Shown one piece after another: positions 40,976 through 54,600 of a stretch of 64,000 bases of DNA. Numbering within the stretch: position 1 is the first letter of the stretch; every line of letters begins with the position of its first letter. The stretch comes from Chrysomallon squamiferum. Its lineage: Eukaryota > Animalia > Mollusca. The stretch is from assembly GCA_012295275.1 (NCBI GenBank), contig CM022665.1, positions 31,992,001 through 32,056,000 on the forward strand, in the 5' to 3' direction. The notes beneath the pieces are model-generated. The model did not search any database. It worked only from the letters and a program-made list of their open reading frames with translations, and was not told where the DNA came from. The position numbers and the translations under genes were made by a program.

Positions 40976-43089
40976 TGACAATGACTGATGATACTGGCTG
41001 ACAGAGTGTTCAATACAAAGCTACTGACATTTAACAATCTACATTGCCCTTAACTCTCAGGTCTGCCTCACTTCAAACACACTGACACAAAATACTTGAG
41101 GATGAGTTTTAAGCTGGTGTCAGAGCCAGTGAGTACCTTATACCTATGAACTTTACCAGTGTTGTGAGCTTGAGGATCAAAGCTTGATCAGAAAACCTGT
41201 AAGCAATCGTCATGTTGTAACCAGTAAATGGTTTACATATACACTACTTATGTATTTTTTTTACACAAATTACAAATTCTTGAGATATAGCAATGAAACT
41301 GTTAGGGAAATGGTACTTTTTATTTACAGTTCTAACAGGGTAACTGAAGATCAAAGTGTCAACAATTTCCTGTGAAGATGTAATGTTAGTCATGTATAAC
41401 ACAACACATATGTGGGCAAATTTTTTTTTGGTAAATATGTATTTTATGTCAAAATAACATGGTTCAGTTAATTTTTTTTTAAACTGAAGATTCACAGTGT
41501 GTCCGGTAATAATCATGTCATTAATTAAAATAGGAAAAAGAAACAAGTATATCTTAGAGTCTCTATGTTTCCAGGACAAATTCTGAACTAAATACTGACT
41601 TGATCAGTTGATGGCATGTGCAAGAATTATGAAGAATGATACTAGAAAAGCATAATTGCTGGGCTTCATTTACATTTCCCTATATATTGTACATCATACA
41701 CAGTAGTATGTATCAATGGAATAGACATTTCCTCTCAGAAATCAAAATAATCAAGGTTTTCTTACAAATGCAAAATGGAACATATTACACCTTATTATGT
41801 AAGAGATCAAGCACCATTTAAAGAATGAATCATAGAAAAAAGAAGAAAAAAGAAGAGGAAAACTGAAATAATGTCAAGTACTCTAACCATTATCACCAGC
41901 AGCTACTACAAATGTACAACAATAAAGAAGGGAGGTAGGTATCAGTTTATTGTCCACACACTCAGATAAAAACAGTGGGGTCTATTCTCAGCTGTCTTCA
42001 ATCATCAACCTGAGGGAAACAGAGAGAATGTGTTTCAGACCATCTGGCCGATCACAGAAAACTCAACAGACAAAAGTCTGTGTGTAACATCACAAGACAA
42101 GTTAGGTTCTGAAACAAAACAACCATTCTTTGAACAGATCTAATTTGAGACAATCAAACTGAAACTGGCCTGAAGGTATCCAAGCAGTCTCTTTGCTGTT
42201 TTCAGTCATTCAACACAGCAATGTGAACTTCGTGTAGGGAAAGCAGAAAGGTGTGAAATGTGTATTATAGCATTTGAAAACTTCCTCATGAAACTGAGTA
42301 AAAAAACTGATAGATTTATAAACACATGCTGCTTGATTTAATATATAATACAGCTGTTGAAGTACTTGGAAAATAATGAACAGATAAATGTTTTCACTTT
42401 TTTTTCTTTTTTTTTAAAATTATTTTAAATTTACAATTATACACACACATTTCTGTAATTTTCACACTCCTATCTTTTTATAGTTTTAAGGTTCTGTGAG
42501 GGTTTTTCTTTCATGTTTTTTTATCTGAAACATTAAAGACATCATTTTGTTTTGGCTGCAATTTTAATTTTACAATTGCAATGTCAATTTTTTTTATACT
42601 CAGTTACCAAAGTTCCTTCAGATTTCATCTAAATGTTTGTGTGTTTGTGCACAAGTGCATACAAATTATGTGCATCCCTACACACTGCTGTTAGTGTGCA
42701 CTCATGTATATACAGTATTATGTATATGTATATATAGATGAACATAGTTACATGCTTTGGCTATAGGATCATTTGTACCATATGTGTTATCTATACATAG
42801 CATATGCATCTACTGTTAGTATATATGGCAATAACAATTGCTATATCTCTGTATGCACATTTCTTACATATTTTACATGAGTCTGTTTCCACCTGCCCAG
42901 TATATTCCATAGTTAACCTTTGAGCATACAGTTGATTAAACATACAACCATTAAGATTATTACAATCATTTATCAACTGCTACTGGGTTTTTTTTGTGGG
43001 TTTTTTAGTCTGTATTAAGAAAGCTTCAGTTTTAGAAATTAAAATACAGAACAGACTGAAATATATATATATATATATAAAAAACAGTA

Positions 43090-43260
43090 TGGAGGATGTA
43101 ATTTAATGGCTGGACTTTAGATTCAAGGGTCATATTCTCAAACGTTTGTTCTATTTCCCATTCCAACTAGTATCTTCCTGGTTATGGAAGATGTAAATAA
43201 AACATCATTTTGGATAAGAATAACCGGTAACATCATAAAAGTTGGTTTCTTCTTTCCTGT
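43090..43260 (+). mobile_element. Highly decayed SINE
   Basis: GGATGTAATTTAATGG head-like start, CTATTTCCCATTCCAACTAGT and a tail-like GGTTTCTTCT, in family order. Confidence 0.4.
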
Positions 43261-43376
43261 TACCATTACATAATAATTCAAGTATATACTAGACACAAAA
43301 TAATATTAATATTAAATGAGTAGAAGTGATATTAAAAAAAGGATTTTAACATCCCTCAGTTTATATAACAGCTTAC

Positions 43377-43477
43377 CTTACACTGTATTATAAAACTATA
43401 TCCAACTAAAATTATAGTTTGAACTTGAAAACTGTCAACTTACCTGAAAAAGACAAAAACAAAGAAAATGTAAGTAG
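43377..43477 (-). promoter_or_regulatory. Candidate recursive splice site (3'SS immediately followed by 5'SS) with 67-nt RS/poison exon 43443-43377
   Basis: Minus strand reads TACTTAC-ATTTTCTTTGTTTTTGTCTTTTTCAG|GTAAGTTG: a branch-point-like heptamer (6/7 to TACTAAC), a ~23-nt pyrimidine tract, acceptor AG at 43445-43444 and a perfect GTAAGT donor directly after it. A second donor AAG|GTAAGC lies 67 nt further (GT at 43376-43375). The intervening exon has stops in all three frames. Confidence 0.75.
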
Positions 43478-44649
43478 GTTATAAATAAACAACAAAATTT
43501 TAAATTTTAAAATAATGATTAATAAAACAGTTTTATTTTATTAATGTATTTATCTCAAGCATTTTATTTCAGTGTTTATCATCTGTATAATTTTAATTAC
43601 ATTATTCAAATAAAATGTGTCTATGTTTATAGTACAATCTTTAATGTATGTGTACATGCATGTGTGTTTATGCCTATTAGGCCTACTTATTGCAAGTTTT
43701 AAAAAACTGAAATGCATATTGTTTTTAGTCAGGTTGTTTTTTTTGCTTTTTTTTTTGTTTTTTTGACAATTTCCATCAGAACATAACAGTTCTCTTTCAT
43801 TATTATGGCTGTGGTTTCAAAACCTGATAAATATAATTTTTAATCTTTTGAAATATTATATTTTAAATGTGTCTGTATACAATTCTTAGAAATTATGTTT
43901 GTAATGTATTTCAGCAAAATATTTCAGTATTATACAGAAATTAATTTTACAGCTTCAAAGATGAAGAAATGGAATAACTTTAATCTTTCTTTTTTTTGTT
44001 TTTTTTTTGAGTTTTTCTGCAGCAAAAGAATTATGAACAACAACTACTAAAGTTTGTTTCCCCTATCCCAGAGTGAAAAAATTTGTTAAAATTTTTGTTT
44101 TCTCTGTTTCAGTTTCAACAGTAAATAACTGAATAGCGAAGGAACTGAAATGACCATAGTTTGTCTCTGGAACTTGAAGACAAAATAAATAAATAGATAA
44201 ATTAAATTAAATTTTAGATTTCTATTTCATTTTGTGTAGCAGATGTGTCTAACTACAGAAGTCTTCCCATCTTCAGTATATAAATAAATTTGGTTGCTTT
44301 ACTTAAATTTGAAATAAGTAAGAACTGCCCTCCTTAACCACAACATAAATATATATATATATATATATATTTTTTTTTTTTAAATGCTTCTAAAAACTGG
44401 GTTTCTGTTTCAATTTGTACAGCTGAGATACATGAATTTTGAACCACCCAAGTTAACTATCAGAGGTTTGTCCAACAATGGTAACATCACTCCACCTGAA
44501 ACTGAATCAGACTTTATCAGGACACATTTCATTTACTGTGTGATTAATCAGATGGTGTGCCCAGCTGTCAGTTTCTCTATTAACACTAGCACAGACACAT
44601 ACAAATTATGGTAATTACATGGAAATTACAATGGTTCAAGAATTTTACA

Positions 44650-44701
44650 GTGTGGAAAAGAGTTCATTTGAGGTGTGGTAGGTCAGAGGATCAATCTTCT
44701 G

Positions 44702-44705
<4 letters not shown>
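44650..44705 (+). mobile_element. SINE head fragment abutting a (TA)n tract
   Basis: AGTGTGGAAAAGAGTTCATTTGAGGTGTGGTAGGTCAGAGGATCAATCTTCT, similar to the 7840-7900 head. Confidence 0.5.

Positions 44706-44758
<53 letters not shown>
44706..44758. repeat. (TA)n microsatellite, ~26 units
   Basis: Directly visible. Confidence 0.95.
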
Positions 44759-44761
<3 letters not shown>

Positions 44762-45631
44762 TGTGTTGTTTTGAATTCTATTCAGAGACCAGTGATACTG
44801 GGATTTTTAATATGATATAAAATATAGGTTAATACTGTTTTTGCAGTATTGCTAATATTTTTCTAAGTGGATGTCAAAACACATAAAATATTTAAAGTTA
44901 CTTCCTTTTAATTCCAAATAAATATTAATACAAATATTAGTATATATCTCCATCTCTCTCTCTTACACACACAATAAACATTTTAATACAAACATACATG
45001 TTAAAGAATACATTACACTCATGCTTGTCTAAACAAACTTATGCATATACAAACACAAACATGTCAGCACAGATACCCAATACCAGTACTGATTTAAAAA
45101 CACTGTTTTGATTAAACTGTGAACTTACACATGCTAATAAAAACAATTTTCTTAATTAAATTAAAAGAAAAGAAAAAGAAAGTAGAAAAAAAGACAAAAT
45201 GAAAGATAATATTTAAAATATTAAGCATATATTTTTTCTGAAAAAAAACAACAAAAAACCCATTAGATGTGTTATGTAGCTTCAAAAACAAATATTTTAC
45301 ATTTTTAAAAGACTTATTATTATTTATGTAATAAAAATTATAAATAGCTCATGAGTATTTTAAACTTTTATATGTTAAAAATGGTTTTACCCTGCAACAT
45401 ACTTAAGAGGCCATTAAATGTTAGTTATCACTGCTATGAGATAAAAAAAGAGAGAAGTTTTAAAGTTATTTAAATTTATTTCTGTGTGACACACTCTGAT
45501 ATGCTGTAACAACAAATTGTAGGAATGTGAGATTTATGTGTCTGCCTATCTTCTACCTTACCACCTTCTCCAGGACCTCACACTAACAGAACACTAGAGC
45601 CTTTGTGTTAAAATAAAAAATATGTAAAAAA

Positions 45632-45676
<45 letters not shown>

Positions 45677-45744
45677 CAAATAAATAAATTAATAAATTAA
45701 TTAATTAATTGATCAAATAAAATAAAATAAAATAAAATAAAATA
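45632..45744. repeat. (AAT)n and (AAAAT)n tracts
   Basis: Directly visible. Confidence 0.9.
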
Positions 45745-46044
45745 ATTTTTTTTCTAAAGAACTGGATCATTGTTAATTATTTGTTAAAGGATCAAGGACC
45801 AGATATTCATAATATATTGAACTTCAGTTATTATAAAAATTAAATAAAGTTCAGTTTAAGAAGATTACATTGATTAATTCTCTGTCATTAGCTACTGGAT
45901 ATTAACAATCTGATCATTCCGTTGTATACTTGTATTGTATTCCTTTAATAATAAATAGACTATGTCATCTTAACAAGAAAATTGTTATAAATTTCCAATT
46001 ACAAATACATTTTTTTTTCTGTGTATTTTTGATAGGAAAGAGAA

Positions 46045-46180
46045 AGATACATGATCTTTGATAATACATCCCCAAACTGTCTGGAATGGGAAATTGTCCA
46101 CTGAGCATGTTATTGGGACTGACCCTGGAATCCACATAATCTGATGCATGTTGTTATATGCTTTGGCTACATGGTTCCAG
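46045..46180 (-). mobile_element. Decayed SINE 5' half
   Basis: Plus text CATGATCTTTGATAA...CTGGAATGGGAAATTGTCCACTGAG...GGGACTGACCCT...TGGCTACAT follows family order on the minus strand. Confidence 0.5.
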
Positions 46181-46293
46181 GACAATTTCACACTGGATAA
46201 TTCCCCACTCCATAATGACAATTTTAGATACTTCCCCATTCTTAATTTTGTATAAGTATCTGTGGCAAGAATCAACATAGTAATATTCTGTAT

Positions 46294-46475
46294 TAATAAT
46301 AATAATAATAGCAGTAGTAGTAGTAGTAGTGGTAGTAGTAGTAGTAGTAGTAGTAATAGTAATAGCAGCAGCAGCAACAACAAAAACAACAACAACAATA
46401 ATTATGGTGCTAATGGTTATGACAATAATGATGATAACGGTAGATCTAATAATATGTATACATTTGCTTGTGTGG

Positions 46476-46542
<67 letters not shown>

Positions 46543-46591
46543 ACATGTGTATGTGCATGTGTGTGTGTATATATGTGTGTGTGTGTGTGTG
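46294..46591. repeat. Compound microsatellite (AAT)(AGT)(AGC)(AAC) followed by a long (GT)n
   Basis: Directly visible; explains six overlapping ORF calls. Confidence 0.95.
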
Positions 46592-47512
46592 GAGTAGGGA
46601 ATTGTCTGTTTACTGGGCTACATTTAGCCAAATTAATGATTATGAGATTATGTTACAAATTATTTTACTTTGGCTAAAGTGCAATTTGAAAGTTTCCAAA
46701 TGAAAGAAAAACTCTGTATAGGTTTCACATTTCATGTTTTGAATTCAAATGTCAAAAAGCAAAAGCCACTTTTTTGTTTAACAAAAATACCAACACTTTA
46801 CACATCAAAGTTAATACTTTCATATTTAGACTTTTTAAAAATTTTCATTGTTCTCCATCACTGAGAACAATAAAATACTCTGAATAATTGGTAGATTAAA
46901 CAAAAAATTACTCTCATTACCATACACAGAAAAAGTCATAGGATAGTTCTGAATTTCTCATCAGAAAACATTAACCTTAATCCATAGCTCAGACACTGTT
47001 TAATCTTGGTGATATCATGTTTTATGGAAATTAATTGTAATTAAATCCAGACATGACTGCAACAATTATTGTCTGGGAGTTGCTGCTCTCCTTAATTTCC
47101 TTCCATGTCAATAGACCACCCTAGCTGCCAGCATTCACCAGCTAACAAGAGTCACTGCAGAGTTAGGTTCCAGTTATAGGAAGATGAGATCTTCAAAATG
47201 AATCCAAAGGGATATCTTGTATTCTTTGTTTTTTTTTCTTCTTTTTTTTAAATTATAAAAGATGACTTCACTTTGAATCTTTTTTTATTATTCTTGCTAT
47301 TTCCATCTTCTTTTCTTTTGATCTTTTTTACTTTTATATATCTATCTAATCTATCTATTTATATCTATCTATCTGTTATTATCTTTTTATCTTTTTTATA
47401 AAAAAGCTGTAACCTAGTGATTAGAGTACAGACCTGATTTTCAAATTTCTAGAAAATAATTATTTTCTTCCACATTTTCAATCTTGTTTTTCATTTTTGA
47501 TAATTTTTGAAA

Positions 47513-47610
47513 ATGTAGCTTAATGGTTAGATAGATCTCTGATGTATGATGGTTTTCAGGTTCAGCTCTCTTCAGTGTAAACTAATTCCAACTACAACCA
47601 GTACTTCATC
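47513..47610 (+). mobile_element. SINE head fragment
   Basis: ATGTAGCTTAATGGTTAGA (A box)...CAGGTTCAGCTC (B-box-like)...ACAACCAGTACTTCA. Confidence 0.55.
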
Positions 47611-50199
47611 AGTAACTTATAATAAGTTAGTGACAATAGTGTTTTATAAAAGAATTAGATGAATACAGATGTCTCAAGAATTACCAAGATAATAATTTCT
47701 CTGTGTTTTATAATTAGATAAAATTTTATTAATTATGTATGTGTGTCTATGTATATATCTATGGTGCTATGCATAATACTGTGAAAATGACAAATTTATG
47801 CTTTTCTTAGCTGTGACAAAAAAGTTAAGTGATTTTAAATTAATATAATTTGTTTCCCATTTACACTCTATTAAATAATGATTCTACATGTAACAGATGG
47901 TTGCCATGTTCAGCATTCACAAATCTGAATATAATTTTCCAGTGTATTTTAAATTTGAAAAATATATTATTTTCATAAATTCTTTAAAGGATTTTTCAGA
48001 TCTTCTAATTAGATTATGCAATCAATGCTTATAAAAAATAAAAAAACCCACAAAAAAACAACAACATTTAAAACAGAGAGAAATTATTTACATGTGTTCC
48101 TTCCCAATTTACACATAAAAGCTTGAATTTTCTCTACACATGCACTCAAACACACACACACACACCAAACACATATACATAAAGTGAACATGAACCATAC
48201 ATAAAGTGAATTTTGACTTTAATATGATAATGCAGCTTCTGATTTGGATTCCTTATGGCTCAGCTGAAGCAGAATTTTTTCATCAGCTGGTTAAGCACCA
48301 AGGAAGCAGAACAAATCATAAAAGAATGAATATGGAGATATGTTTGTGCAAGGCTCATCAAGAAGTAATACTGGAGAATGATCTAGTCTTCTGATAAACA
48401 GTGGAACATATTGTTATTTAAGTAATATAATTTCAATATCACAACTAAATACTGATATTAAATGGAAAAAGAAATAAAATATTAAAGGAAAGAAGGGAAG
48501 ATAAAAAGAACAAAGAAAAGAATGCAGGATAAATGAGAGGAAGAATAATTATTAAGATAAATAGGGGAAAATATAGAGCTAAATATGAGAGATGTTTTTG
48601 TCTCTTTATATTCATTTTATACAAGGAATCCTTTAAACAAAAAACAAAAAAACAAAAAAAACCCCACAACATAGATAACAATCAACAATTAGTGAAGATG
48701 CAAGTAAACATTTTAGATATATTTACATAATAGCAATAACTCTCTCATCTGTACACAACATAACAACTCCCCAATGTGAAACTATGTTTTTACTTGTAAT
48801 TTCCCTAACCAGAATCACAGGCTCATTTGAAAAGCTCATTTTATGCAGAACAGAAGCAAATATTTAACAAGTTCAGTATATTGTCCATGCAAATTGTGGA
48901 AGCTAAAACTAATGATTTCCCATGTGCTGGGATGGAAACATGCTCCAGTTAACCCTTTTTTATTATCAATACTTGTAAACAAGTAATGAGCTACAATCAT
49001 TACTGCATAAACTTATAAATATTTATAACTAGGCACCATCTGCATGCAAGTCTATGGAACTTCAACTTTCATGTAAAAAATATGTTTTAAAAGTGGATGA
49101 AAAAATAACTGAATTAATAAAGAACATCCCCCCACTCCAAAAAAAAAAGCTTTTGGGGCATATATTTATAACTATATTGATTATTATTATTTTTGGTTTT
49201 TAAAGTAAATATTAAAATAACTAGAATTTCACTTTTAAAATTAGTCGAATTTCATTTAAAATATTTTTTATTAAAAATAATAATATAAGCTGTATTAAAA
49301 GAGCTTAATTATAGATTAAATAATTCATTGAATAATATATTTATATTTAATTTTGTTTTTATGTAATTATACAAATTCAGGTACTCAGGAATGAATGAAT
49401 GAAGACATTTTATAATTAACATCATACAGAGCACATGCTTATTCATACAAGGTTATATCTATGCTTATATAACTTCCCATAGTCTTGAAGGCAGCCTTTG
49501 ATAATCCAGACAAGTGGACTGTGCTGAGGTTAAAATATATACCTCTATACTAATATTCTGTATATCCCTACACTATCTATACTATTATTATATATCTCCC
49601 TTCAAACACACACACACACACAGTCACACACATGCACAGAAAACAGAGAGAGAGAGAGAGAGAGATCTGCAGATAATTGATCCCAAGTTAAATTGTTATC
49701 TCCAATATTTTATTAAATCTTACATTACTCAAAGACAATTAATTAAGATGCACAATTTATAAAAAGTAATTAAAAAATAACCTTTCTTTTCTTTAGGTAA
49801 ATAAAAAATGCTCAAGAACAGTATCTTAAATAGAAATAGGTAAATAATTAAAAATAGAATGTGTAATGTATTTTAAGCATAACATACTTTTATCTATCAT
49901 AATAACTGACCTTTTTTGAAAGAGCACCTTCTCTCAAAACTGCATTAATATTTTGTCCAAAATATCTGTTTTTCTGCTGCAGTAAGTTTCTCCTCTCCAT
50001 GGCTGATATTTTTTTTAGACCACAAAACCACCCAGAAAGAAGAATAAAAAATTATCTTTCACAAAGAAATCCAACAAACATGTGATAAAAATTATTCCCT
50101 AAGGCAGCAGTAAAGTAGCATGGTGTGGGCAATGTATTTGAATGTACAATCAGTGCCAAGTCTTGTGCTGTCAAATTATTATATCCAGCAATCATGTTA

Positions 50200-50600
50200 T
50201 GAGGAGGTAAGGTAACACAATCCCATTCAGAGTCACCTGCATGTAATGAAGGCTCTCTGTATTGGTTATTCCAGAAGAACTCCAGTTATGCAGGAACTCC
50301 ATAAAGATAACAAGCAGCACATCCTAAAGTTAACAAACAAATGTTATGTCAAAACAATACACGGCAGAGACATAGTCTTGTGACACAACAATGATACACT
50401 ATGTTGTAGAGAAGGTATTTTAACAACCATATCAAGTTATGTCAGTGATATCCCAGAAATTCATGAATATAACAACAACACTGCTACATCTGAGAATGTT
50501 GGAGAATATAGTAACAAAAAATATATAAGAATCCAAATTCTTGTATGGTTCAGTACTGTGAACTTTTTGCAGTACCAGCAAAGTGAGAATGATAATGTAA
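50200..50600 (+). mobile_element. Decayed Gypsy/Ginger-type integrase fragment (H2C2 zinc-binding region)
   Basis: Frameshifted motifs in the expected order: EGSLY / LVIPEELQ / VMQELH / AHPKVNKQMLCQN / DIPEIHEY / ELFAV, resembling the 'GxLY..LVIP..l...ELH....HxGxxKT' pattern of these integrases. Confidence 0.4.
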
Positions 50601-50664
50601 CTTTCACATGGAAAGGTTCACAGAAAAAAAAAAAAAAAATGCTACCAAGAAGTGATGGTGCTAT

Positions 50665-51070
50665 TTTCCTTTACTGTATTATATATTAACCAGTTTATTC
50701 TAGGCTCCAGTATTAACATACCAAAAGTGTAGTTTCTCTGTGTATAACATAATAATATGATTACTCTTAGTTCCAGTACTAAAATATCATACTATTTGTT
50801 TTCACTGATATATGTTAACCAGTTTTCCTGTCTAACTCCAACATGAAAATATTGTACTATTGTTTATTCATGTATTAATATAAACCAGTTCTTTTCTTAA
50901 CTCCAATATAAAAATGTTGTACTATTGTCCTTTTCTGTATTAATATTAATCAAATTTTTTTCTTTCATCCATTTTGAAATATTCTTAAATTGTTTTTCCT
51001 TCTATTAATATTAACCAGTTTTCGTCTCATCTCCAATGTCAAGATAATGCACTATTCCATTTTCTTTTCT
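50665..51070. repeat. Degenerate ~62-66-bp minisatellite, ~6 units
   Basis: Recurring TGTATTAATATTAACCAGTTTT...CTAACTCCAA.AT.AAAAT.TTGTACTATTG. Confidence 0.75.
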
Positions 51071-51519
51071 GAATCACATAAAATCAAATACGATAAAATA
51101 CTATATTCTTTGTCTATACTTGTTACATGTGAACCAAATTCCTTTCAGTTCCACTATTATGATAAAAAAATAAAAGATCCCAGAACTCACATGTGTTCTG
51201 ATATCATTCTATTATGTCCATTCACACCTTTTCCCTGCCCTCCAAGGACATTTTCACAAAGTCTATTTAATCAGGCAGATGAACTAGGTGAAATTATCTT
51301 CCTCTGGAGACTATTTTCTGTATGTAACAATTAAGTGTTCATTGATTTCTGGCCCAGTATCAAACCAGTGAGTTGTTAATATGGGGTAGTGCTATGATAT
51401 ATCAACTGTATGTCTCATACTCCCTGTAATACAGCCTGGTTGTTTGTGAACACAGAATTGGATCAATGATCAGTTATCATAACTGTATCAAAACACAGAT
51501 AAACATACTGGCTTTAAAC

Positions 51520-51695
51520 AGAATTCCACTGTTATATAGTATACTCAATTATACTCAGTTATAATTCACAGTTATAGTGTATTCCACTGTTATAAATTAT
51601 ACTTCAGTTATAAAATGTACTACATTATTATAAACTGAACAGCATAGATATGAAATATACCTTAACATTATAAACTGTCACTAGAATTATAATAT
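51520..51695. repeat. Degenerate ~21-bp repeat
   Basis: Recurring CA(G/CT)TTATAAA(T/C)T(A/G)TAC. Confidence 0.55.
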
Positions 51696-54600
51696 CAAAT
51701 TTTGCAGTATTAGCTGTCAGTCCTTTCAGCTGTTTTAATAACAAAATACAGTAATCTCACATCTGACAGCTATCCTAATCAGTATGTAATACACTTAATA
51801 TATCTGAATGCTTTTTTTTTACATCAGTAAACCAAAAAAATATATATATATTATTATTATTTTACTTTTTACTTTTAATTTAAATTTAAATTTTACATTT
51901 TATATATATATTTTTTAGTTTATTTATTATTATTATTTTACATATATAAAACTCTAATTTGTGTAGAATACAAAACCAAAATAATTTGGCACCTAGGATA
52001 ATACAATATTAAATTACCAACATATGATATGACATTTAATTAACATGGGTGGAATTATACTGACATCATATAATATTGAAATACTATGGTTTGTTGTGTT
52101 ATAAATTCTTTATCAATCACACTGTGAAATGATTTATGATAATATTTCAGTTACAGTGTAATAAATACTTTTTTTTATAAACTGATTTTTGTTAGAAGTC
52201 ACTAATGTGTGAACATTTTCAAGAAGTTCTAATTCAGTAAAGTTTTATATTACAAAACCTGATCAGTGTTTCACATATTTATGATGTTATTAATGTACAA
52301 ATATTTTAAATTAATCAATATCATGTAATTAATTTAACATTTTAATATAGTTTAGAGCCTATGTGTTTCTTAAATTACAGATATATGAAAACTGGAAATT
52401 AATTTATGTTGTATATTAACACATTACTAAAACTTGATTTAATATCTTACTCATTTATTAAGTTATTAAAACACATATACTTTTAAAATAATAGATATAA
52501 TATAAATAAACAGAATGTGGTTTTGACTGATATTTTTCTAAAATTGCTGTAATAATTATGAAGTCTGGGAGTTAGTTTACATTACATTACAAAACCAGAT
52601 TTATCAATATATTTCTGAACTTACTAACATATGAAATTAGATGACGTAATGGACATCAAAATCAGATTTATTAATTATTTCTGAATTTACTGATATAAAA
52701 AGATGGGGAAATGTATTGACATAACATTCATTACAAAACCAGATTTGTTATTCTGATGTTATTGTAACATGAATGTGTTAAAATAAGTCTTTTCTCTTTA
52801 CTAAAGCAGATCATCAATGTATTTACATTCATTTCATGGTGTTGATGATAACACCAACATACACAGGAAATGTAAAGAGAAACTTGGCAAACATGCTGTT
52901 TAAAAAAGAAGAAAAAAAAAACACAGACTAATTATATTACAGTTTTTGATATTTCAGCACTATATTTTACACCAGGAAAATTGTCAAACATTTCCTGAAG
53001 CTCGTTTTCTCAACACAGAACTAATAATTATGTTTTCTCTGGATTTGTTTTCTGCTGTTAAATATGTTCAGAAGGACATAAGTTTTTCCAGAATAACTAC
53101 ATTACTGAAGGGGATGGGATTCAGTTAATTTTTTTATATCATCAACATTTACATGAATGTTCTGTGAAAATGTCAACATGAACCTTTCTGAAAATACAGA
53201 ATCTTTAATGTAAAGAAAATATTATTTTTAGTTCTTTAGAAATTCTTTACACAGTCTATGTATTTTCCAAAGCATTTTCGTTAATACAATATTTTGAAGT
53301 ACAATTCAATTCCACAAAGTGTGAAAAGCTGCAATTGAATTACTTTTATCTTTCTTAACATGGATAACCGTATTTTGGAAGAAAAAACCCAATAAGTTTT
53401 GGAACAGGCAGAATTTCCATAAGCTCTCATCAATTTCTACACATTCAGTTAAGAAAAATGTCCTTTTTTTCTCACAGTGTTACACCATAATTGAACTACT
53501 ATTATTTTCACCCATCAAGACTGAGCCAATATCAGATGATAATACTGTAACATTGGCAAAGATCTGTCACATGATCAATATCCATGCTGGTAGATCAGTA
53601 CCATGCTGATGATGCTGCCATCCATGAGGGCCGATTTCCTTTAAGAAATCCTTTCAAAGGCAAAGAATCAATCCCACTTAAATGTTACCTATCACTCAAA
53701 ATTATCTCCCTCAACTTCACTCTTTGGTATGAATTTCACAGGAAAATATAATCTGCTGAATTTTGAGAAATCCCCTGATAGGTATGTCCAAGATGTATGC
53801 TTAAGAAAGAAAAACCTATCAATTTAGTCAAATTCATGCTGGCATTTTGTAAATGTTGGTTAATTTAATACAGGAGATGCAATCCCAGTACAAATTAAGA
53901 TAAATTCAATGTTCAACAATAAATGGGCTTCAGGCCTTTAAAATGCCAAACTCATTTTCTTCAAATAAGACTGGACAAAACACTGTAATGTTTTTCCCAA
54001 AACACTGCTTTCACGATGTAAACACACACAAAAGCAATTCCATCAAACAGTTTTTCAAATCTTTTTCCTCAATCACGAATTGCAACAGGCCACAAACAAT
54101 TACTTCACATAATTAATTCCATTTTTTTAAAAAAATCAAATTTCAGAATTTAAAAAAAAACCCACACATTCTCAACTAATTAATTACTTCAGAAGTCTCT
54201 CTTCTTAGAAATATCCCTTTAAAAAATTTAAAATTCTTCACTGCTGAAAATCTGGTATTTCCCAAACAAGAGGTGACAGTTCAATGCAGTGATCCCCAGT
54301 TTCATTTCCAAATTGACAGCTTAATAACTACAGCAGTTCTGACTTTGACTTGCTGCTCCAATCAAATCAAACTGGTGTCTGTCTCACTGTGAATGTTTCT
54401 TCCTATGACACACCACTCTCTCTTTCCTTAATACCCAGCAACATAACAGAGGAATCACATTAGAAAAACTTGTAATTATTTACAAAAATGTCTCAGTTTT
54501 GTTGTTAACCATCTGCCAGTAACCTGATCAGATTACGTGTGACATAATCCAAGAAATATAAATAACAGACCACCTCATGGATATTTAAATTTAATACTGT

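Noticed and set aside
45985-46703. Cluster of six ORFs up to 137 aa
   Set aside because: Translations of tri- and dinucleotide microsatellites (poly-L, poly-S/N, HT/CV repeats).
49781-49802. Plus-strand CTTTCTTTTCTTTAG|GTAAAT ratchet-like motif
   Set aside because: Shorter tract, weaker donor, no clear downstream donor, and opposite to the strand supported by other signals.
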